Positions 57,511 through 64,000 of a stretch of 64,000 nt of DNA are shown here, piece by piece. The stretch is from Pirellulales bacterium. Lineage in GTDB: Bacteria; Planctomycetota; Planctomycetia; Pirellulales; PALSA-1355. Within the stretch, counting starts at the first letter, position 1. Each line of letters opens with the position of its first letter. The translations under genes were made by a program, and so were the position numbers. The notes beneath the pieces are model-generated. The model saw only the letters and a program-made list of their open reading frames with translations. It was not told the origin of the DNA and searched no databases. Where the stretch lies: positions 704,001 to 768,000 of the forward strand of contig CAVTBU010000006.1 in the NCBI GenBank assembly GCA_963733035.1, in the 5' to 3' direction.

Positions 57511-58635
57511 TCACTCCGCGAGGTTGCGGATGACCTCGTCGGCCAATCCAAAGGAAAGCGTCATGCCGGCGCCACCCACGCACGTCACCACTGTCGCGCC
57601 CGGTGCCGCTGGCGCGACAAAGAAACTGTCAGTCGGGTGCTTGGCATAGATGCCGTGCCAGCGGGCAGCGATCTGCAGGTCGGGCACATCCAAAAACGTG
57701 TGCAAATAGTCGAGAATCAGCCGATCGACTTCCGGTTTGTCGAACGGCTCGATGTCGGCGTCGTATTCATGCGAATCCCCCAAAATCAACTCGCCGACGC
57801 CATTTTGCGATGCCATCACGTGAATGCCGTAGCGATCGTACTCGGGCGTGTCCCGCGCCACGCGCTGCTTCACCGCCGCGAGCGTCGGGCAGTCCTGAAA
57901 GTTCTTGTAGTGCCGTAGCGTCAAGCCGCCAGCCAACATGGGTCCCAGCTTAAGTCGACCGGCATAGCTTTGCGAGCGCATCATCTGCAACTTGCAACGG
58001 AGCAGTCCGGCCGCGGCAAACGTGTCGGGATAGAGCGTCTGAAAATCATCTCCCGAGCAGACGATCAGCCGCTGTGCTCGCCAGCTTTGTCCGCCGGCAG
58101 TCACGGTTGGCTGATCGTAGCCGGTCACGGCCGTGCCGAATTCGAAGTGCACGCCAAATTCGCGCTCGAGCCAGGCGGGTAACCGTGCGATCACCTGCCG
58201 CGGGTCAACGCACGTTTCCGTCGGACTCCACATGCCGGCCAACAGTCCCGCCGTTTTGACGGCGGGCGACCGAGCGGCAACTTGTGCGGGCGTCAGCAAC
58301 TCACAGCCGCTTTCCGCTTGGCCACTGAACTCGGCCAGCACTTGCGCTTCGTCAGGTTCGTAGGCCAAATGCAGCGAACCGGTCTTTTCGTGCCACAGGT
58401 CCGCTCGGCTAAGGACGTCAAGCCAGAATTCGCGGCTGCGCACTGCCATTTCGTGCAGCGGCCCATGGGGCTGTCCAACGGGCCATAGCATCCCGAAATT
58501 GCGGACCGACGCACCGCTGGCGCGGGCACTACGTTCAAACACGACTACGCGCCGACCTTGGCGAGCCAAGTGGAACGCATGGGCCAGGCCCAGCACCCCG
58601 GCTCCGACCACGGCATCTTCAAATTCAGTTTGCAT
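57511..58635 (-). CDS. FAD-dependent oxidoreductase, TIGR03364-like (phosphonate-cluster associated)
   Basis: GAGVLGLAHA, GASVRNFG, VDPR, CKLQM, GDSHEY, WHGIY and GAGMTLSFG motifs. Confidence 0.88.
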   Translation of the reverse strand: MQTEFEDAVVGAGVLGLAHAFHLARQGRRVVVFERSARASGASVRNFGMLWPVGQPHGPLHEMAVRSREFWLDVLSRADLWHEKTGSLHLAYEPDEAQVLAEFSGQAESGCELLTPAQVAARSPAVKTAGLLAGMWSPTETCVDPRQVIARLPAWLEREFGVHFEFGTAVTGYDQPTVTAGGQSWRAQRLIVCSGDDFQTLYPDTFAAAGLLRCKLQMMRSQSYAGRLKLGPMLAGGLTLRHYKNFQDCPTLAAVKQRVARDTPEYDRYGIHVMASQNGVGELILGDSHEYDADIEPFDKPEVDRLILDYLHTFLDVPDLQIAARWHGIYAKHPTDSFFVAPAAPGATVVTCVGGAGMTLSFGLADEVIRNLAE

Positions 58636-58732
58636 TGCAACAGGAAGCGGTATGAATTCACTCGGCGGCAGCATTCCGCCGCGTTGCTCCCTGTTCTACC
58701 CTCCGCTGCGACCCTTGGCCAGCACCATCGCA

Positions 58733-59296
58733 CTACTGGGTTGCTTTCCGCAGCGGGGCCCGCCACAGGTATACGGTGTGGTCGCGAGTCGGTCCGCGCA
58801 CTTTGGCTATCTTGGTGGGCTTGATACCGCCCATGACGAAGTCGTGTGACACGACGCGGGCGCCTGGCTTGAGTTTTTCCAACTGCGGAATGAGTTTCTC
58901 GTTGAGCGAAGGTAGCAGATAGAGCGTAACGACGTCTGCATCGCTGAGGTCGAGAGTAAAGATGTCCTGCTGCAACGCCTGGGCCCGGTCGCCCACGCCG
59001 TGTCGGCGAATGTTTTGCTCGGTCTCGCGGATCCGCTGCGGATCAACGTCGAAACCTACAGCCCGCGCGCCTTTCTCGGCTGCGGAAACCACGATGATGC
59101 CGTTGCCGCAACCGAGATCGAAGAGTACGTCGTCCTTACCGACTTCCGCCAACTCGAGCATCTTGTCGACGACCACCTGGGGTGTCGGCACAAACCATAC
59201 GTCGGGCGACTTTTCCTGGCCGTAGGTGGACCATCCGCACACATATGGCACCCCGACAAGACAACCCAGCAGCACGAGTCGAAATAGCTTTGTCAT
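58733..59296 (-). CDS. Class I SAM-dependent methyltransferase with N-terminal signal-like segment
   Basis: FVPTP..VVDKML, DLGCGNG, DVVTLYL and PGARVVSHDF motifs. Confidence 0.88.
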   Translation of the reverse strand: MTKLFRLVLLGCLVGVPYVCGWSTYGQEKSPDVWFVPTPQVVVDKMLELAEVGKDDVLFDLGCGNGIIVVSAAEKGARAVGFDVDPQRIRETEQNIRRHGVGDRAQALQQDIFTLDLSDADVVTLYLLPSLNEKLIPQLEKLKPGARVVSHDFVMGGIKPTKIAKVRGPTRDHTVYLWRAPLRKATQ

Positions 59297-59368
59297 GGAA
59301 GGCTCCCTTCGAAACGCGTGATGAAGACGAAGGTTAAAAGTTTCGCAATTCACGAGCGCCTCTTCGGT

Positions 59369-60802
59369 TCAACCTCTTTTGCCTCCCGAGCGTGTTCCCG
59401 TCGGAGTCAACAGCCGCGAGGCCACGTATACGGGCACTCCGGCGGCCAGCAGCGCTACGCCAACCCAGGCCAGGCTTTCCGCGTAGCGAATGCCCCCATA
59501 CAGCATATAGCCGCAGGTGGCCGAAAACAAAATCGGGCAGAGTGGATAGAGGGGCGTGCGAAAGGGCCGCTCCACGTACGGTTCACGCATTCGCAACGCG
59601 AACAACGATAAGCTGGTCAACAGAAAAAACAGCCAAAAAATAGGTGCCGTGCACCGCAGCAACGTATCGAAGCCGCTCTTTCCGGCCCAAGATACCTCCG
59701 GCAAACCCGTCACCGTAAATAGTCGATTGAGCCACTGCTGGCCGGCGCCGGAACCCACAACCAGGATCATGGTCACCGTGATGAGCGCCTGCGCCACGAT
59801 GGACCAGACCGGAGCTCCCCAACGCTTTTGCGCGAGCAAGGCAAACAGCCGATGATCTTCGCCAATCGCCGCATACACCCGCGACCCGGCGAAGACGAGC
59901 CCGTTAACAGCTCCCAGCGCCGAGATGGCCACCAGCAAAGCCACGCCTCGCGCGCCGGTTGGGCCTACCGCAGCCTGCATAGCATCCGAGGCAATCGCCC
60001 CCGCGTCGCGCACTCCCGGCCAGCCGAGCGCGCGCAGATAGGCGGCGTTGATCAGCAAGTAAGTAACCGTGATGATCGCAATGCCGAGCGAAAGCGCGCG
60101 GATAATCTTATTGCGGTCGCGCATTTCAGCCACGAAAAAAGCCGCGTCATTCCAGCCCCCATAGGTCAAGAACACCAGCACCAGCGCCGAAGCAAACGAG
60201 GCGATTGCGGCACCGCCTTCCGGGCCACTCATCGCATCCTGGGCAGCGATCGTTTCCGGTGGGTCGGCCAACAGACCGGCGATAATTACCGCGGCCAGTC
60301 CTAGCAGCTTTGCCGATGACAGCACGTTCTGTACTTGCTTGCCGAGGGCCACGCCCCACAGGTTGGTCGCACTCAGCACCACTACGCAACCAACGGCATA
60401 CACCAGCGAAGTGGCCGGGCCAAAGTCCCATAGCGTTTGAGCATAGTTGGCAAACACGTAGGCCATCATGCCGATCGAGCCGGTCAAGATCACCGAAATC
60501 TGAGCCCAGCCAAACAAGAAGCCCAGCCAGGGGCCAAATGCCCGCGACAGGTAAACATAGTCGCCGCCGGACCGCGGATAGGCGCTGGCAAGTTCCGCGT
60601 AAGTGAAGGCCCCGTTCAGGCACAGCAGGCCGCCAACCGCCCAGGCTGCCATTGCCAGCGTGCCACTCGACGCGCTGCCAAAAACCAGCGGCGGCGTTTC
60701 GTAAATGCCGGCCCCGATCACGATGCCGACGATCACGCTCACGGTATCCCATGTCGAAAGCGTGGCGCCGCGAGACGGGGCACCCGCAGGGTCTTTTTCC
60801 AT
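59369..60802 (-). CDS. APC family amino acid permease
   Basis: IVIGAGIY, YAELAS..P.SGGDY.YL, YGGWN and RPFRTPLYP motifs. Confidence 0.92.
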   Translation of the reverse strand: MEKDPAGAPSRGATLSTWDTVSVIVGIVIGAGIYETPPLVFGSASSGTLAMAAWAVGGLLCLNGAFTYAELASAYPRSGGDYVYLSRAFGPWLGFLFGWAQISVILTGSIGMMAYVFANYAQTLWDFGPATSLVYAVGCVVVLSATNLWGVALGKQVQNVLSSAKLLGLAAVIIAGLLADPPETIAAQDAMSGPEGGAAIASFASALVLVFLTYGGWNDAAFFVAEMRDRNKIIRALSLGIAIITVTYLLINAAYLRALGWPGVRDAGAIASDAMQAAVGPTGARGVALLVAISALGAVNGLVFAGSRVYAAIGEDHRLFALLAQKRWGAPVWSIVAQALITVTMILVVGSGAGQQWLNRLFTVTGLPEVSWAGKSGFDTLLRCTAPIFWLFFLLTSLSLFALRMREPYVERPFRTPLYPLCPILFSATCGYMLYGGIRYAESLAWVGVALLAAGVPVYVASRLLTPTGTRSGGKRG

Positions 60803-60979
60803 TCGCGCCTCATTCGTTGAGATGCCAATGTCAGGGACGAACGCCGCAAATCCTAGCGAAACTTGACGCTGACCACCAGCACATGCGCACGGCGAAGTCC
60901 ACGTGATTCAGGTGCCGCCTACACCCAGGGGATAGCCGTCCCCGAGGCCATACCTACCGTCATGCACGCTCCGCCGTGT

Positions 60980-61840
60980 TCATGCCCCCGGACGGGCGAT
61001 CACTCGGTGGAAGTGCAATTGCACTTCGCGGTCGACGACGCGGCGAACACCCTCGACGAGGCAGTGCGGTTCGTTGTCTTCCTGGCCGCGTCGGATGATC
61101 TCATCGAGCTTCAGCCCATGCCCCACGGTAAAAGTGGACTGGTAGATGATTTGATTGCCGGCGTCGAGTTCCGGCACAATGAAGTGGCACGTCGCCCCGT
61201 AGGTCAGCATGCGGCTGGCAAACGCTTCATGATAGGGGCGAATGCCGGGGAAGCTGGGTAGCAGCCCGTGGTGCAGATTGATAATCCGGCCGCCGGCATA
61301 CTTCCAGCAACTGGCCGCCGGCAGGATTCGCATGTAGCGGGCCAGTATCAAGTAGTCGATTTCATACTCGTCGCAGAGTTGCATCATGCGATCGTCATCG
61401 GCTGCGCCGCCATCGGTGCCGATCGAATGCCAGTCGACGCCAAATTGTTCGGCGAGCGAACGGCAATTCGGACGGTTGCCCAGCATCACGGCCGCTTCGG
61501 CCCGCACGCGGCCATCGCGAATCGCCCGCAACAACGCCAAGGCAGGCTCGGGGCGGTAGGTCGTGCAAATGGCCAGTCGCGGTCGATCCTTTCGTTCATC
61601 CGGCGACCAAACCCGAACGCTGAGGCCTTTCAGCTTGCCGATTTCCAGCAGCTGCGGCCGCAGTCCGGGCCAGCTAGCTTGGGGCAGTTCGATCCGCAGC
61701 AGCATGGCGAACAGGCTCAACTCGTCATGGTCGTACATCTGAATTTCGGCAATGTTGGCGTCGAGACCGGTCACGTGGTGAATGATCGGATCGGCCAATC
61801 CCCGATTGTCGGGACCGACAGCAGTGATGACGACTTGCAT
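60980..61840 (-). CDS. purU: Formyltetrahydrofolate deformylase
   Basis: N-terminal ACT domain (GPDNRGL); LARYMRIL, INLHHGLLPSFPG and GATCHF..ELDAG motifs. Confidence 0.88.
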   Translation of the reverse strand: MQVVITAVGPDNRGLADPIIHHVTGLDANIAEIQMYDHDELSLFAMLLRIELPQASWPGLRPQLLEIGKLKGLSVRVWSPDERKDRPRLAICTTYRPEPALALLRAIRDGRVRAEAAVMLGNRPNCRSLAEQFGVDWHSIGTDGGAADDDRMMQLCDEYEIDYLILARYMRILPAASCWKYAGGRIINLHHGLLPSFPGIRPYHEAFASRMLTYGATCHFIVPELDAGNQIIYQSTFTVGHGLKLDEIIRRGQEDNEPHCLVEGVRRVVDREVQLHFHRVIARPGA

Positions 61841-62047
61841 GGAGAGACGGGTGCGGAAGGACGAGCGATCGGAGCGGTCCGGCGGGGGACCCACACCTAT
61901 AGGATACGCGATTCCCAGGCGCTCGACAGGGGCGTGCGGTGGGCGGCCGATTTTGCGGGTTGCAGAGGCGTTTTGGTCGGTTTAGACCGAACAGTCGGTA
62001 AGCCCCACACCCAATTGCCAATTCGCGCGAAATGCTTCCGCAAATGC

Positions 62048-62076
62048 TTGTTTCGCGCGAACCCCCTCGCTATAAC
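62048..62076 (+). promoter_or_regulatory. Putative sigma70 promoter
   Basis: TTGTTT (62048-62053), 17 nt spacer, TATAAC (62071-62076). Confidence 0.55.
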
Positions 62077-62323
62077 GACTGATGGATTGGGGCGTATATT
62101 CTTGTCACATCTCCTCGCTTGCCCCAGTCCGTGTCACGTCTTGATTTGGAACAGCGCGGAAAAATTCGGATCTTCCCGTGATCCAATTCTTCCCTCCTGC
62201 GTAATAAAGCTTGTCGCGTTGGAAACAGAGAGTTTCTCGCCTCGCCGGAGGTCGCATTCGTGGCTCGTGGCGAGGACCCGTCTGGTTCGTATCCCTTCTC
62301 ATTTCCAGTAGAGGCACATCGAC

Positions 62324-62527
62324 ATGATACGAAAAGCACAATCGACGGACATGTCGGCCACGGATCCCACCCCCGAGCAAATTCGCGAGCGAAGCCTGGA
62401 AATCCGCAACCGGTGGACTCCCCGCGAGCGGGCTCGCCGTCTCGGCATCAAGCGAGCCAGTTGGATGCCACCGACGATCTCGGAAATGGAGTTGCCCGGC
62501 GGGTTGGCGGAGTTCGAAAGTAACTAG
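62324..62527 (+). CDS. Small hypothetical protein (planctomycete-type DPTPEQI..R...I...W motif)
   Basis: DPTPEQIRERSLEIRNRWTPRERARR; GAGG RBS upstream. Confidence 0.65.
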   Translation: MIRKAQSTDMSATDPTPEQIRERSLEIRNRWTPRERARRLGIKRASWMPPTISEMELPGGLAEFESN

Positions 62528-62674
62528 CCGCCAGTCGCTTGCCGCCAGCAACACGCGACCGAGCGCTACGTGATACGCCCAAGCGGGTCACGTGGAAGCG
62601 CACACGATCCTTCCCCGTGATACGCCCGTAGGGATGACCGCTTGGTTCCACGCGGCACGGGCGTCGATACTTCC

Positions 62675-62712
62675 AAAGGCTGCTCTCGCAGATCCGCGAG
62701 AGCAGCCTTTTT
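62675..62712 (+). terminator. Intrinsic terminator
   Basis: Perfect 15-bp stem AAAGGCTGCTCTCGC / GCGAGAGCAGCCTTT ending in a T-tract. Confidence 0.85.
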
Positions 62713-62777
62713 CATTTCGCAGTGGGCTGTTCTCTGACTACAGAATTCCAGGCGGGCCTGTTAGACTCGCCCGCAGC

Positions 62778-64000
62778 ATGAAGACCCCTTCGATCTTCGC
62801 CGTCGACCTGCGTCTCAGCCCTCGCCGCGCTGAACTCTTGCGGCGCACCGTCGGGCTGTTCGGCTTCCTGCTGGTTGCCGTCACCTGGCCTCTCTGGACA
62901 CCCCAAACGGTGTTTCCCCAGGTGCCCTTGTTTCGCGCGGCGCTACACGTGTCCAACATGGCGCAGTGGGGGGCGGCCGGTGCAATGTTGGCGGGGCTCT
63001 TCGGCATGCTCGTGCTGCCAGCAGGGCGCCTGGCTCGTGCCGCTTTGCTGTTGTTTGCGGCAGGGACGGCATCACTCGTTGTGATGGACCAGCAGCGTCT
63101 GCAGCCTTGGGCGTATCAATTCGTGTTGCTGGCGGTCGTGTTAGCGATCGCGCCGGCGCGCTCGGCCTTGGTTCTTGTGCGAGTGTTCATCGTTGGCTTC
63201 TATTTCGAGTCCGCCATAACGAAGCTCGACTACTCCTTCCTCCACACGCTGGGGCAGCAGTTTCTCCAGACCCTTGTCGGCTTCGTCGGCGTTTCAATTG
63301 AAGCCTGGCCGCTCGCAGTTCGACTTGCGGCGGCGGCTGTTTTTCCGCTTGGCGAGCTTCTGGTGGCCCTTGGATTGTGGTTCACCGGCACACGGCGGAT
63401 CGCGCTCTACGGTGCGATTGGGCTGCACGTGCTGCTGCTCGTGATACTGGGACCGTGGGGGTTGGATCACAAGCCAGGCGTGCTCGCATGGAACGCCTTC
63501 TTTATCGTTCAAGACGTGCTTCTCTTTTGGACGCCCCGCCGGGCAACCGCGAATGCGACCGGGTCGATCGGCGCGAGGCGGGCTCCTTCGCCCGCTGTAG
63601 CCCTCGTCGCAGCCGCGGTCTTGCTACCGCTGCTGGAGCCTTGGGGATGGTTCGATATGTGGCCGAGTTGGGGGCTCTATGCGTCGAGTGCCGAGCGAGT
63701 CGTGCTGCAGATCCATCGCCAAGGGCGCCACGAGCTGCCCGATTCACTTGAGCGGTACCTCGAAGCGCCCGAGGATCCGGCCGAACCCTGGCTCACCTTG
63801 CGGCTCGACCGCTGGTCTCTCGGTGCGCTTGGCGCGCCGATCTACCCGCAGAATCGCGTGCAACTGGGCATTGCCCAAGCCGTTGTCGGCGGCGGTGGTT
63901 GGGCCCAGCGAGCACGGACAATTCGGCTGAGCCGCGCGGATCGTTGGACCGGCGAGCGCACTTCCACGATCATTCAAGGCGCCGCCCAATGGAATGCGGT
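62778..64000 (+). CDS. Polytopic membrane protein (HTTM/DoxX-like), truncated at window end
   Basis: Manual translation gives MKTPSIF...TWPLW...DQQRLQPWAYQ...YFESAITKLD; open to the window end with many TM segments. Confidence 0.72.
   Translation, partial: MKTPSIFAVDLRLSPRRAELLRRTVGLFGFLLVAVTWPLWTPQTVFPQVPLFRAALHVSNMAQWGAAGAMLAGLFGMLVLPAGRLARAALLLFAAGTASLVVMDQQRLQPWAYQFVLLAVVLAIAPARSALVLVRVFIVGFYFESAITKLDYSFLHTLGQQFLQTLVGFVGVSIEAWPLAVRLAAAAVFPLGELLVALGLWFTGTRRIALYGAIGLHVLLLVILGPWGLDHKPGVLAWNAFFIVQDVLLFWTPRRATANATGSIGARRAPSPAVALVAAAVLLPLLEPWGWFDMWPSWGLYASSAERVVLQIHRQGRHELPDSLERYLEAPEDPAEPWLTLRLDRWSLGALGAPIYPQNRVQLGIAQAVVGGGGWAQRARTIRLSRADRWTGERTSTIIQGAAQWNA

Noticed and set aside
1..64000. 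tRNA, rRNA, CRISPR arrays, transposases, integrases, prophage or defence genes
   Set aside because: None recognised by eye in ORFs or intergenic regions; a tRNAscan/Infernal run would be needed to exclude small RNAs formally.

Overview
A GC-rich, gene-dense chromosomal window, most likely from a planctomycete (Pirellulales-like). This is inferred from an LE-x-R-x-x-L export motif, a DUF1501 gene, a Cys-type sulfatase and several lineage-typical hypothetical genes. Positions 1-19.2 kb form a surface-polysaccharide locus: a polysaccharide deacetylase, a priming glycosyltransferase with a degenerate GGDEF-like domain, a split Wzc, two tandem Wza/OPX genes, a TPR lipoprotein, a GT2 and a divergent PKD/LamG repeat surface protein. 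Several of its components are unusual: a papain-fold protein lacking the catalytic residues, a Wzc kinase lacking the Walker A Lys, and a nucleotidyltransferase-NDP-kinase-kinase triple fusion. The rest is metabolic and regulatory. It includes a sigma54-type desaturase/hydrolase/GlnT operon, sulfatase, GNAT-nitrilase, alkA-ogt, an Ntn acylase, a CFA-synthase plus geranylgeranyl-reductase pair, yegS, an amine oxidase, PRC-barrel and CsbD genes, a Cache Ser/Thr kinase, PAS-LuxR, a phosphonate-type module and purU. A small ORF near the end has a structured 3' region. Seven otherwise intact genes are broken by 1-2 nt indels, most likely sequencing or assembly errors. I saw no rRNA, tRNA, CRISPR array or mobile element. 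All assignments come from motif recognition by eye; no database searches were run.
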